In this document: one piece after another, positions 1 to 10,067 of the stretch
Layout of the letters: every line of letters begins with the position of its first letter
Position numbering within the stretch: the stretch's first letter is position 1
Assembly (NCBI GenBank): GCA_021824625.1
Contig: JAKAKE010000008.1
Span: 1-59,163 of the forward strand
Origin: Bacteroidota bacterium
GTDB taxonomy: Bacteria; Bacteroidota; Ignavibacteria; Kapaibacteriales; UBA2268
DNA length: 59,163 nucleotides
Direction: 5' to 3'
Translations under genes and position numbers: made by a program
The notes under the pieces: model-generated
What the model was told of the DNA's origin: nothing
What the model saw: the letters and a program-made list of their open reading frames with translations, nothing else
Databases searched by the model: none

Positions 1-401
1 GAATTAACAAACCAAAATACTGTAAGAGCCGCAGAGAATGATTCCGTATTGGTCAGGTATAATGACTTCTATGGTATCAAAGGAAATAAATTCTTCTATT
101 TCGGCAGCGGCACAAATCCAACTGCCGGTGTTGACCAGAACTGGTTAAGTAAATCAGAGTTTGGAAATAACTTTGCAAATGGTTCCGGTATGGTTGATGC
201 AGTTGCTCATATTACTAATGCTTTTAATATGTCAACATTCAATCCATTACCAACAGTTAATGCACCTTTCTTAACGACTGCAAAATTCGATTACGGAAGA
301 TTAACTGACCCATTCCTCGAGAAAGTCAATTATCGTGGTGCCTTTGGAACAGAAAGATGGGATTTGGGCTGGACTGAATATGACCCGGTTAATAAAGAGT
401 A
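1..401 (+). repeat. Intragenic direct repeat, copy 1 (copy 2 at 1657-2057)
   Basis: Manual alignment gives 8 mismatches in 401 nt at an offset of 1656 nt (552 codons). Confidence 0.95.
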
Positions 402-2355
402 TAAAGTATCAGTACCACAACTCACATTAAAGACACCTCAAGTTAATGATAAAATCAGATATGGCAGGAGTGTGTTAGTAAGCTGGGATACAAGCAATAC
501 ATATAATAAGACATTCAAATTTACATGGAGCCAGTCTCAGTCAGGTACATGGAATCAATTACCCCTGCCAAAAGGCAAGACAACTTTTAAAGATAGTACG
601 AAAAATCAAGCTGCTGTCGGCTCTGTCCTGATTACATTTCCAAATCAACAAACTCTTTGGCTGAAGATGGAGGATGCAAATAATCCTGCATTCTCATCTA
701 TAGTGGGTCCTTTATCAGTTGTCGTATCAAACCCATCTCCCATTGATGAATATATCCAGGGAATAATTACTTCCAATAAGACTTTAACAGCAAATAAGAT
801 TTGGGGTCTTAAAGGAGTTGTATTTGTCGCCAATGGAGCAACTCTTACAATAGAACCGGGTACAATTATTATGGGAGAAGTTGGAGCTACATCAGCATTA
901 TGTATTAACCGTGGCGGTAAAATAATAGCAGACGGAACTCCCACAAAACCAATAGTATTTACAAGCGGAGTAGTTGCAGGAAGCAGAGACAGGGGAGATT
1001 GGGGCGGCTTGCTAATTATGGGTAAAGCACCGACAAATTTAGTAGAAGCGCCAATCGAAGGCGGTATTGCAGATGATGCAAGTACAAAAGTAAACGGATG
1101 GTATGGCGGTAATGACCCTAATGATAACAGCGGTATTCTTCGTTACGTCAGAATAGAATTTGCCGGAATAGCCGAATCACCTGATAATGAATTAAACGGA
1201 TTAACTTTAGGTGCCGTTGGTTCGGGAACTATTATTGACCATGTACAAGTGTCGTATTCAAATGATGACAGTTTTGAATGGTTCGGTGGTACAGTCAATT
1301 GTAAACACCTGATTGCTTACAACGCAATTGATGATGATTTCGATACTGATAACGGATATAGAGGAATAATTCAATTTGGATTAGAAAAAAGATTAACAGA
1401 TGTTGCCGACCAGTCCAACAGCGAAGCATTTGAGAGCGATAATGATGGTTCATCATCAGAAAAACAACCATTTACGGGTCCCTTATTCTCAAATATGACA
1501 GTAATCGGGCCGGTTCAGGATACAAGCTGGGCAAAAGGCTCAGGATTAAGCGGAACAAACACATTCCATTCAAAGTTTTTAACAGCAGCTCAGATTAGAA
1601 GAAATTCAAGGATGGGATTAGCTAATTCCGTCATACTCGGCTGGCCCGGTGGTGTTGAATTAACAAACCAAAATACTGTAAGAGCCGCAGAGAATGATTC
1701 TGTATTGGTAAGATACAATGACTTCTATGGTATCAAAGGAAATAAATTCTTTTATTTCGGCAGCGGCACAAATCCAACTGCCGGTGTTGACCAGAACTGG
1801 TTAAGTAAATCAGAGTTTGGAAATAACTTTGCAAATGGTTCCGGTATGGTTGATGCAGTTGCTCATATTACTAATGCTTTTAATATGTCATCATTCAATC
1901 CATTACCGACAGTTAATGCACCTTTCTTAACGACTGCAAAATTCGATTACGGAAGATTAACTGACCCATTCCTCGAGAAAGTCAATTATCGTGGTGCCTT
2001 TGGAACAGAAAGATGGGATTTGGGATGGACTGAATATGACCCGGTTAATAAAGAGTACAGAGTAACTGACGTTAATGAATCACCGATTTATGAACAACAA
2101 AATGTTATGATTTACCCACAACCGGCAAGTAAAATCCTGAATGTGAAAATTAATAATGTAAAAACACAAAATGCGATATTAAAAATTATTGATATTAATG
2201 GTAACGAAATAAGAAGTACCACATCTGAAAATTTATTATTTGGAAAATTATATGAATATCAAATAAACATTGAAGACATTCCAAATGGAATTTATTTGTT
2301 AGAGATTATTACAACTGATAAAATTTCCACCCAAATGATTAACGTTATAAAATAA
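1..2355 (+). CDS. Large secreted protein with a tandemly duplicated beta-helix-like domain and a T9SS C-terminal sorting domain (5' truncated by the window)
   Basis: Frame is open from base 1 (ELTNQNTVRAAENDSVL...). Motifs GDWGG, YGG..DNSG.LRYVRIEFAG, DDSFEWFGGTVN and DDDFDTDNG are present. The C-terminus IYPQPA...IPNGIYLLEI is typical of a T9SS type A CTD. Confidence 0.8.
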   Translation, partial: ELTNQNTVRAAENDSVLVRYNDFYGIKGNKFFYFGSGTNPTAGVDQNWLSKSEFGNNFANGSGMVDAVAHITNAFNMSTFNPLPTVNAPFLTTAKFDYGRLTDPFLEKVNYRGAFGTERWDLGWTEYDPVNKEYKVSVPQLTLKTPQVNDKIRYGRSVLVSWDTSNTYNKTFKFTWSQSQSGTWNQLPLPKGKTTFKDSTKNQAAVGSVLITFPNQQTLWLKMEDANNPAFSSIVGPLSVVVSNPSPIDEYIQGIITSNKTLTANKIWGLKGVVFVANGATLTIEPGTIIMGEVGATSALCINRGGKIIADGTPTKPIVFTSGVVAGSRDRGDWGGLLIMGKAPTNLVEAPIEGGIADDASTKVNGWYGGNDPNDNSGILRYVRIEFAGIAESPDNELNGLTLGAVGSGTIIDHVQVSYSNDDSFEWFGGTVNCKHLIAYNAIDDDFDTDNGYRGIIQFGLEKRLTDVADQSNSEAFESDNDGSSSEKQPFTGPLFSNMTVIGPVQDTSWAKGSGLSGTNTFHSKFLTAAQIRRNSRMGLANSVILGWPGGVELTNQNTVRAAENDSVLVRYNDFYGIKGNKFFYFGSGTNPTAGVDQNWLSKSEFGNNFANGSGMVDAVAHITNAFNMSSFNPLPTVNAPFLTTAKFDYGRLTDPFLEKVNYRGAFGTERWDLGWTEYDPVNKEYRVTDVNESPIYEQQNVMIYPQPASKILNVKINNVKTQNAILKIIDINGNEIRSTTSENLLFGKLYEYQINIEDIPNGIYLLEIITTDKISTQMINVIK
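1657..2057 (+). repeat. Intragenic direct repeat, copy 2
   Basis: Matches 1-401; 7 of the 8 differences are synonymous. Confidence 0.95.
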
Positions 2356-2369
2356 ACCTAACTCAAAGT

Positions 2370-2402
2370 AAGGTGTGCTATTGTTATATAGCACACCTTT
2401 TT
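2370..2402 (+). terminator. Intrinsic terminator
   Basis: AAGGTGTGCTAT-tgttat-ATAGCACACCTT is a perfect 12-bp stem running into a T tract, 14 nt after the stop. Confidence 0.85.
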
Positions 2403-2486
2403 CTTAATCCTATACCCTGAATGTTTTTTTAACTCTTTTCATTATTGCATAATGAATACTAATAGTAAATTTCTTATTATAAAATC

Positions 2487-2525
2487 TTAACACAATCTTA
2501 ACAATTCTTTAACATTCCCTTCATA
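2487..2525 (+). promoter_or_regulatory. Pho-box-like direct repeat array
   Basis: TTAACA at 2487, 2498 and 2509 and TTCATA at 2520 give an exact 11-bp period upstream of the porin-pst operon. Confidence 0.75.
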
Positions 2526-2534
2526 CAATGATGT

Positions 2535-2542
2535 TAATTTTG
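2535..2542 (+). promoter_or_regulatory. Bacteroidota-type -7 promoter element (TAnnTTTG)
   Basis: TAATTTTG lies 9 nt after the last Pho-box-like repeat. Confidence 0.65.
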
Positions 2543-2692
2543 TAAATGAATTTCTTAACACAAAATTTATTATATGTTAATTATAACTTCACATATACGG
2601 GGTAATTTTGTTTGCTGTGGTCAATTACCTCTTTATAAAATTGCAAATTCAAATTATTTCAGATTTGTTATATATAAACAAAGGGGAATTGT

Positions 2693-3814
2693 ATGATTAA
2701 ACGGACTGTGCAAAAGTTTGCATTCATTTCATTAGCTTTTATTATTATTATGTTTTATTCGGTTCAAATAACAAAAGGAGAGGATAAATCAAAGAGTGAT
2801 GCCTTTGGTTTTAATGTTTTAAGTTATTTGTCCTACGAAGCAAATATTAATGATGGGGAATTGAAAGATAATCAATTTAAAGTTACCAGGGCATACTTTA
2901 CGGTTAAAAAAAATGTATTCGATTGGTTAAGCTACAGAACAACTATTGATGCTTACCAGGATGAATTGGGAGATTTTAATGTTAGATTGAAGTACATATA
3001 TGCAAATGTAAAATTCGGTGATTTTGCATTCTTCACCAAGCCTAATATTGAATTCGGACAGGTTCACACGGCTTGGCTGGATTTCGAGGAACATTTGAAT
3101 TATTACCGTATGCAGGGAACTATGTTTATGGAAAGAGCAGGCCTTTTTAATTCTGCCGATTTTGGTTTAACAGCCGCATGTTTACTTGGTGGGGAGATGG
3201 ATGATAATTATAAGAAAACAGTAAACAAAGAATATGCCGGTAAATTCGGAAGTTTTGCTTTAGGTGTTTATAATGGCAGTGGTTATCATGGCTTAGAAAA
3301 AAATACAGGAAAGACATTGCAAACAAGATTAACTATTCGTCCAGTTGCTGAAATTCTTCCCGGTCTTCAATTTTCATATCTTGGAATTTTTGGAAGTGGT
3401 AACCAAGCGAAAATTGATACATTAACTAATTGGGAGGCACCTGATTTCAATGTAAATACAGGAATGGTTTCCTATGAGCAAGAGTATTTTACAGTAACTG
3501 GCCAGTTCGAATCCGGTGAAGGTAATTATAAAGGTTCAATGATAAATTCAGAAAATTCAGCTTTAAAGCACCAGGGATATTCCGTTTTTGTCGAAGGTAA
3601 AATTGATGAAAATTTCAGGCTTATTGGCAGGTATGAACACTTCGACCCTAATACTGATAAGGAAAATGATGGTAATAACAGGGTAATAATTGGTGTTGGA
3701 TATAATTTCGGCAACCAAAATATATTGATGCTTGATTTTGATAAAAAGTTTTATGATGATAAAAGCAAGGCAGACGTAAACCTTGTGAAATTGACAATGC
3801 AGGTAAATATTTAA
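2693..3814 (+). CDS. Outer-membrane porin, probably phosphate-selective (OprO/OprP-like)
   Basis: Signal peptide and amphipathic beta-strands (FKVTRAYFT, RLKYIYA, GVYNGSG, RYEHFDPN); first gene before pstS. Confidence 0.65.
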   Translation: MIKRTVQKFAFISLAFIIIMFYSVQITKGEDKSKSDAFGFNVLSYLSYEANINDGELKDNQFKVTRAYFTVKKNVFDWLSYRTTIDAYQDELGDFNVRLKYIYANVKFGDFAFFTKPNIEFGQVHTAWLDFEEHLNYYRMQGTMFMERAGLFNSADFGLTAACLLGGEMDDNYKKTVNKEYAGKFGSFALGVYNGSGYHGLEKNTGKTLQTRLTIRPVAEILPGLQFSYLGIFGSGNQAKIDTLTNWEAPDFNVNTGMVSYEQEYFTVTGQFESGEGNYKGSMINSENSALKHQGYSVFVEGKIDENFRLIGRYEHFDPNTDKENDGNNRVIIGVGYNFGNQNILMLDFDKKFYDDKSKADVNLVKLTMQVNI

Positions 3815-3847
3815 TTACTAATTAATAATTACTAATTACTAATTTTT
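3813..3847 (+). repeat. Heptamer tandem run (AATTACT-type) at the porin stop
   Basis: aattact aattaat aattact aattact aattttt. Confidence 0.85.
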
Positions 3848-3858
3848 AAGGGAAAAAT

Positions 3859-4926
3859 ATGAAAAATATTAGCTTAATGATTTTGGCCGTAATTATATTA
3901 ACAGCGTGCGGTGAAAAGAAGGATATGAAATCATTGAAGGAAGGTGTAAGCGGCACTACCGAAATATTAGGTGCAGGGGCTACTTTCCCGTTTCCATTCT
4001 ATTCAAAGGTTTTTGATGAGTATAATAAAATTAAAGGTGTGAAAGTTAATTACCAGGCAATCGGCTCTGGAGGCGGTATCAAGCAGCTTGTTAGTAAAAC
4101 AGTTGACTTTGGTGGAACGGACGCATTCATGGATGCTCAAGAACTTGCCGAAGCAGGGAAACCAATTGTTCACATTCCTACCTGTCTTGGTGCTGATGTT
4201 ATCACTTACAATTTACCCGGTAATCCCAAACTAAAATTCACAGGCGAGGTCATTGCCGATATTTTTCTTGGAAAAATAAAAAAATGGAATGATAAAAAAA
4301 TTGCAGAATTGAATCCCGATGTCAAACTTCCATCTCAGAAGATTGTTGTTGTACATCGTTCCGATGGAAGTGGCACTACATTTATTTTCAGTGATTATCT
4401 AACCAAAATTTCAAAAGATTGGGAGACAAAAGTTGGTACCGGCAAATCTCTTGACTGGCCTGTCGGTTTAGGCGGAAAAGGTAATCAGGGGGTTGCAGGG
4501 CTTGTTCAACAGACACCCGGCTCTATCGGATATGTCGAACTTGTTTACTCAAAGAGCAATAATATGCCTGCCGCTTTAATAAAAAATTCATCGGGCAATT
4601 TCATAGACCCAACAATTAGTTCAGTAAGTTTGGCAGCAAATTTTGAACTGCCTGCCGACACAAGAGCATCAATTACAAATACATCATCTGCAGACGGCTA
4701 TCCCATCAGTAGTTTCACCTGGATTATTTTATTTAAGGAATTAAATTATAATAACAGAGACGAAAATCATGCTAAAGAAATAGTGGATTTAATCTGGTGG
4801 CTTATTCACCAGGGGGAACAATATGCTGAACCTCTTCATTATTCACCTTTGCCTCAGCAGGCACTTTTGAAAGCTGAAACAATTCTGAAGTCAGTTACTT
4901 ATAATGGGAAACCCATAAAAGAATGA
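3859..4926 (+). CDS. pstS: Phosphate ABC transporter substrate-binding lipoprotein
   Basis: LTAC lipobox; GAGATFP, YQAIGSGGG, HRSDGSGTT and GKGNQGV motifs. Confidence 0.97.
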   Translation: MKNISLMILAVIILTACGEKKDMKSLKEGVSGTTEILGAGATFPFPFYSKVFDEYNKIKGVKVNYQAIGSGGGIKQLVSKTVDFGGTDAFMDAQELAEAGKPIVHIPTCLGADVITYNLPGNPKLKFTGEVIADIFLGKIKKWNDKKIAELNPDVKLPSQKIVVVHRSDGSGTTFIFSDYLTKISKDWETKVGTGKSLDWPVGLGGKGNQGVAGLVQQTPGSIGYVELVYSKSNNMPAALIKNSSGNFIDPTISSVSLAANFELPADTRASITNTSSADGYPISSFTWIILFKELNYNNRDENHAKEIVDLIWWLIHQGEQYAEPLHYSPLPQQALLKAETILKSVTYNGKPIKE

Positions 4927-5804
4927 GAAAATTATTTAGTGGCGATAAAATCTACAGAGGCATTTTATATGCCTCTGCTTTTTTTCTCATAGTTCTTTTA
5001 TTCGGATTTTTTATAACATTTATTTTTGAATCTTCCGAATCATTATCAAAATTCGGATTCGGATTTATCACAGGAACTCAATGGGACCCTATAGATAGTC
5101 AGTTCGGTGCCTTGCCTTTTCTTATTGGAACTTTGATTACATCTTTCTTAGCTTTAATAATTTCATTTCCATTATCCTTAATGATTGCGGTATTTTTGAG
5201 CGAATACTTTCACAAGGGATTTTTCCATAACATAATAAAAACAGCCGTAGAACTGCTCGCAGGAATACCATCAATTGTATTTGGATTTTGGGGTTTGTTT
5301 GTGCTTGTACCTGTGATTAGGGATTTTCAGACAGCAATTGGAATCGAGGCTTATGGAGTTGGTATTTTCTCATCTGCTATTGTTTTATCAATAATGATTA
5401 TACCTTATACTGCTTCTATATCGAGAGAAGTAATTACAATGGTACCTTCGGATGTTAAAGAAGCGGCATATTCACTTGGTGCAACAAAGTATGAAGTGAT
5501 TAGAAGAATTATTTTGCCATATTCAGGTTCGGGTATTTTTGCAGGTGCATTGCTGGCTTTGGGTAGAGCATTGGGAGAGACAATGGCAGTAACAATGATA
5601 ATCGGAAATTCCAACATAATGCCCACATCAATTTTTTCTCCCGGCAATACAATGGCTTCCGTTATAGCTAATGAATTTACTGAAGCTACTGACAGCACTT
5701 ATTTATCTGCATTGATTGAAATAGGACTTTTGTTGTTCATTGTAACAGCTTTTATTAATTTAATAGGGAAATATATTATTAAGAAAACTGCACGGTTTAG
5801 TTAG
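4923..5804 (+). CDS. pstC: Phosphate ABC transporter permease
   Basis: ELLAGIPSIVFGFWG, EAAYSLGAT and GRALGETMAV motifs; overlaps the pstS stop. Confidence 0.97.
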   Translation: MRKLFSGDKIYRGILYASAFFLIVLLFGFFITFIFESSESLSKFGFGFITGTQWDPIDSQFGALPFLIGTLITSFLALIISFPLSLMIAVFLSEYFHKGFFHNIIKTAVELLAGIPSIVFGFWGLFVLVPVIRDFQTAIGIEAYGVGIFSSAIVLSIMIIPYTASISREVITMVPSDVKEAAYSLGATKYEVIRRIILPYSGSGIFAGALLALGRALGETMAVTMIIGNSNIMPTSIFSPGNTMASVIANEFTEATDSTYLSALIEIGLLLFIVTAFINLIGKYIIKKTARFS

Positions 5805-5817
5805 GGAATAAGGAATA

Positions 5818-6729
5818 GTGAATAACGAGATAAATAATAATATTGAAGTAATATCAAATCAGAATTTTGATGTTGACTATTTTAAGGAGAAAAAAATCAA
5901 TTTCAGAATTTTTAAAGATAAGTTTTTTAAATATTCAACCATAGCCGGAGCATTATTCATATCACTTTTATTAGCTTACATACTATTTTACATTGCAAGA
6001 CAGGGAATCAGTTCAATCAATTGGAATTTTCTTACAGAGTTGCCAAAGCCACCCGGAGAAATCGGCGGAGGAGTTGCAAATGCTATTGTTGGAACTCTGA
6101 TAATGATTTTGCTTGCATCAATCATTGCAATTCCTGTTTCAATTGCAATTGGTGTATATTTATCTGAGGACAAGCAAACAAAATTATCTTATTGGGTAAG
6201 AACAGGTTTGGAAATTTTACAGGGAATGCCCTCAATATCAATAGGTATTGTTGTGTATGTATGGGTCGTGCTTCAAATGGGCAGTTTCAGCGGCTTGTCA
6301 GGTGGTATTGCTTTAGCCATAATGATGTTGCCTGTAATTGCCAAATCAACCGAAGAAACATTGAAGATGGTGCCTTATTCGCTTAAAGAAGCATCAATGG
6401 CACTTGGTGTTCCTTATTATAAGACAATTCTGAAAGTCGTTCTTCCTTCGGGTTTAAGCGGGATATTAACCGGTATTCTCATAGCTGTTGCACGTATAGC
6501 AGGGGAGACAGCACCACTTCTTTTCACATCTTTCGGCAATCCTTTTATGAGTGCTGATGTGATGAAGCCTATGAACTCGCTCCCGCTTGTTATATTTAAT
6601 TATGCGAGCAGTCCCTACAAGGAATGGCATAACCTCGCATGGGGAGCATCTTTTTTATTGGTTTTAATTATTTTAATTTTGAACATTACAGCAAAGATTA
6701 TATCGAGAAAATGGAAAATCAAGTTTTAA
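5818..6729 (+). CDS. pstA: Phosphate ABC transporter permease
   Basis: [17 protein letters not shown] and [10 protein letters not shown] motifs. Confidence 0.97.
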   Translation: MNNEINNNIEVISNQNFDVDYFKEKKINFRIFKDKFFKYSTIAGALFISLLLAYILFYIARQGISSINWNFLTELPKPPGEIGGGVANAIVGTLIMILLASIIAIPVSIAIGVYLSEDKQTKLSYWVRTGLEILQGMPSISIGIVVYVWVVLQMGSFSGLSGGIALAIMMLPVIAKSTEETLKMVPYSLKEASMALGVPYYKTILKVVLPSGLSGILTGILIAVARIAGETAPLLFTSFGNPFMSADVMKPMNSLPLVIFNYASSPYKEWHNLAWGASFLLVLIILILNITAKIISRKWKIKF

Positions 6730-7469
6730 ATATAGAAAATTTCAGTTTTTATTATGGTGATTCACAAGCATTGAAAGATATCAATCTTTCAATAAATAAG
6801 AATCGTGTAACAGCAATTATGGGACCATCCGGCTGCGGTAAAACTACTTTGATTCGTGCTATCAACAGGATGCATGAACTTACAGAAAACACAAGGACTG
6901 AAGGGAGTATCAAACTATACGATGAAAATATTTATGAACTTGACCCAATCATTGTAAGACGAAGAATAGGTATGGTCTTTCAAAAACCGAATCCTTTTCC
7001 GACAATGAATATTTATGATAATGTTATAGCAGGATATAATCTGAATGGTATAAAACTGAAAAAAAGCGAAAAGGATATCATTGTTGAAGAATCTTTAAGG
7101 AAATCTGCTTTGTGGGGTGAAGTGAAAGATAATCTGTACAAAAAAGGGACATTCCTTTCAGGAGGGCAGCAGCAGAGACTATGTATAGCACGCGCATTAG
7201 CCATGAAACCGGAAATCCTATTACTTGATGAACCCACGTCTGCATTAGACCCCAAAGCAACGGCTCATATCGAAGAGCTAATCAGCGAACTGAAAAATTA
7301 TGTAACTATGCTCATAGTTACTCATAATATGGGCCAGGCGGCAAGAATTTCAAATGACGCAGTTTTTTTATATCTTGGCGAGTTGATTGAACATGGAAAA
7401 ACCAAAAAGTTGTTTACAACTCCTCAGGATAAAAGAACTGAGGAATATTTAACCGGAAAATTCGGTTAA
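6711..7469 (+). CDS. pstB: Phosphate ABC transporter ATPase
   Basis: [31 protein letters not shown] and DEPTSALDP motifs. Start moved to the in-frame ATG at 6711 (MENQVLNI). Confidence 0.97.
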   Translation: MENQVLNIENFSFYYGDSQALKDINLSINKNRVTAIMGPSGCGKTTLIRAINRMHELTENTRTEGSIKLYDENIYELDPIIVRRRIGMVFQKPNPFPTMNIYDNVIAGYNLNGIKLKKSEKDIIVEESLRKSALWGEVKDNLYKKGTFLSGGQQQRLCIARALAMKPEILLLDEPTSALDPKATAHIEELISELKNYVTMLIVTHNMGQAARISNDAVFLYLGELIEHGKTKKLFTTPQDKRTEEYLTGKFG

Positions 7470-7620
7470 TTAATTGACAATTTATAATTAAAAATTGATA
7501 ATGAAAAGTGTTGAATTCAAAATGGAAAATTAATTTGTTGGGGTCTAAAATTTTAAACCACTACAAATAATTAATATGAAATAATTAATATTGATAGTTG
7601 AAAATCAAAGGAGAGATTGG

Positions 7621-8322
7621 ATGTTGGAAGACCAATTAAATAAATTAAAAGCAAAAATAGTGGGCTATGCTTTTCATGTTGAATCAATGCTAAATAAATC
7701 CATCAAAGGATTGTTGGATAAAGACAGTGATTTATTGGACGAAGTTATTAAACATGATGAAAAATCTGCAAATAAATTAGAGATGAACATTGATAAAAAT
7801 TGTGTCGTTATAATTGCTCAATACAGCCCTCTTGCCGTCAACCTGAGAACCATTCTCATGATAATGAAGATGAACAATGACCTCGAAAGGATGGCTGACC
7901 ATTGTGTGAACATCAGCAGGTGTGCTTTGGATCTAACTGATGAGCCAAATCAATCGAAAATTCTGACATCAATTCATATTATTTCTGAACATGTAGTGAA
8001 AATGCTGAAAGACAGTATTAATTCTTTTATTGAAAATGATATTGATTTAGCTAAGGATGTTTGCAATAGAGATAAAATTGTGGATGATTCAAAGAATAAT
8101 CTTATGACTGAATTGATTGGAGTAATGTACAATGATAAATCCATGATTAATGTCTCTATGCAATTCATTGATATAACCAGAAACCTTGAACGAATTGCCG
8201 ACCTTACGACAAATATTGCTGAGGATGTCGTGTTTGCCATTGACGGTGAGGTAATAAAACATCATAAAAAAGAAAAACAAATTGATAGTAATATCGAAGA
8301 TAGTTCAAATGAACCGGAATAA
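7621..8322 (+). CDS. phoU: Phosphate signalling complex protein
   Basis: Two PhoU repeats (DLERMADHCVNI, NLERIADLTTNIAE). ATG at 7621 is preceded by AAGGAG. Confidence 0.95.
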   Translation: MLEDQLNKLKAKIVGYAFHVESMLNKSIKGLLDKDSDLLDEVIKHDEKSANKLEMNIDKNCVVIIAQYSPLAVNLRTILMIMKMNNDLERMADHCVNISRCALDLTDEPNQSKILTSIHIISEHVVKMLKDSINSFIENDIDLAKDVCNRDKIVDDSKNNLMTELIGVMYNDKSMINVSMQFIDITRNLERIADLTTNIAEDVVFAIDGEVIKHHKKEKQIDSNIEDSSNEPE

Positions 8323-8336
8323 GTAAAAAGAAAGAA

Positions 8337-10061
8337 ATGAGTAAGATTTTCCTTAAAATTTTCAGTGGATTTTTGATTGTAATTGTTGCTTTATCAACTT
8401 TATTAATTGTTTTTACATATTATACTGTCCGTGAGCAATACCTTGACACTTTGACAAATCATCTGAAAAATTTAAATATCAGTATTAAAAGTACAGTTGA
8501 AGCAAAAGTTGAAAATAAAAATTATCGTGAGCTTGATGAATATATAAAGAAGTTAGGGAGGGAAATTCATGCAAGAATCACTGTCATACTACCTGACGGC
8601 TTAGTCGTAGCTGACGCTGAACGAGACCCTGCTAAGATGGAAAATCACGGAACCAGGACGGAAATTGCTCAAGCAATTAACAATGGATTTGGTACTTCGC
8701 TTAGATATAGTCATACAATTCAGGAAGACATGCTTTATGTCGCATTTCCAATTTATATAGATGGGAAAATTATTGCTGTTTCACGTGTAAGCATGCACAC
8801 AAAAGATATTGATATTTTATATACACGGTTAAGAAACAGTATTATTACATCTTCTGTAATTTTATCATTGATTACACTTCTTGGTGTATTCTTCTTTTCT
8901 TTGAGTTTTACAAAACCGATTAAATCTTTGGCAGAAGCTTCAAAAAAATTATCCTCGGGTGATTTCGATTCAAAAATCTTTCACAAACGCAATGACGAAC
9001 TTAGAGAACTTGCAGACAGCTTTAATGAAATGACTGCAAAACTCAGTTCATCATTTAAGGAAATTAAAGAGCAGAAGGAGGAACTTAGCAGTCTTATCTC
9101 GGGATTACAAGAAGGTTTCATAGTTATTGATAAACACGGAAAGATTATTTTATCGAATAAGAGTTTTAATAATCTTGTCAGTAAGGAAAATCTTATTGGA
9201 ACTGATTATTGGTCTGTGCTTCAAGATTCTAAGGCATCAAAACTTATCAAACAATTAAAATCTCAATACAGAAGCATAACTAAGGAAATCCAGATTGCCG
9301 ATGGATTTTATATGTGCAGCGGCAGTTATATTGAAGCAAAAGAAGAAATCATTTTGATTTTTTATAATATCACAGAAATGAAAAAACTTGAGCTTGTGAA
9401 AAAAGACTTTATTTCAAATGCTTCACACGAATTAAGAACTCCATTGACTTCTATCAAGGGGTATGTCGAGACTTTGCAGATGGAAATTGATGAAAAGCAC
9501 AAGCCTTATCTTAATGTTATTGAAAAGAACACCGACAGAATTATAAGAATCATTGAAGATTTAACAATCTTGTCGGAACTCGAAGAAAAGAAACTGGAAC
9601 CGGAATTCCAGGAAGTAAATCTTACAGAATTATCCAAAAATATATTGAAGTATTTTGAGCAGTCGGTTTCTGTGAAAGGTCTAAAACTTCAATTTAATTA
9701 TTCAGAAAATCAGCTGCTAATCAAAGCAGACCCATTTAAGATAGAGCAGTTGCTAATCAATCTTATTGACAATGCAATCAAATATACAAACGAAGGTACA
9801 GTCGAATTAAATATCAATGAATCTGATGATAAAATAATCATTGAAGTCAAAGACACCGGAATAGGCATCATCAAAGACCAGCAGGAAAGAATATTTGAAA
9901 GATTTTATACTGTTGATAAATCCCGTTCAAAAAAGTTGGGTGGTACAGGCTTAGGCTTATCAATAGTCAAACACATAGTTCAATTGCACAACGGAGAAAT
10001 TAAAGTAGAAAGTGAGTTGGGTAAGGGGACAAGATTTATAATCACATTACCGGCGGCATGA
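8337..10061 (+). CDS. phoR: Sensor histidine kinase, PhoR-like (HAMP-PAS-HisKA-HATPase)
   Basis: NASHELRTPLTSIKGY, NLIDNAIKY, RIFERFYTVDKSRS and GGTGLGL motifs; last gene of the pst operon. Confidence 0.9.
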   Translation: MSKIFLKIFSGFLIVIVALSTLLIVFTYYTVREQYLDTLTNHLKNLNISIKSTVEAKVENKNYRELDEYIKKLGREIHARITVILPDGLVVADAERDPAKMENHGTRTEIAQAINNGFGTSLRYSHTIQEDMLYVAFPIYIDGKIIAVSRVSMHTKDIDILYTRLRNSIITSSVILSLITLLGVFFFSLSFTKPIKSLAEASKKLSSGDFDSKIFHKRNDELRELADSFNEMTAKLSSSFKEIKEQKEELSSLISGLQEGFIVIDKHGKIILSNKSFNNLVSKENLIGTDYWSVLQDSKASKLIKQLKSQYRSITKEIQIADGFYMCSGSYIEAKEEIILIFYNITEMKKLELVKKDFISNASHELRTPLTSIKGYVETLQMEIDEKHKPYLNVIEKNTDRIIRIIEDLTILSELEEKKLEPEFQEVNLTELSKNILKYFEQSVSVKGLKLQFNYSENQLLIKADPFKIEQLLINLIDNAIKYTNEGTVELNINESDDKIIIEVKDTGIGIIKDQQERIFERFYTVDKSRSKKLGGTGLGLSIVKHIVQLHNGEIKVESELGKGTRFIITLPAA

Positions 10062-10067
10062 AATTTT

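Noticed and set aside
1-2057. Diversity-generating retroelement TR/VR pair
   Set aside because: Mismatches are not adenine-specific, are mostly synonymous, and there is no reverse transcriptase in the window.
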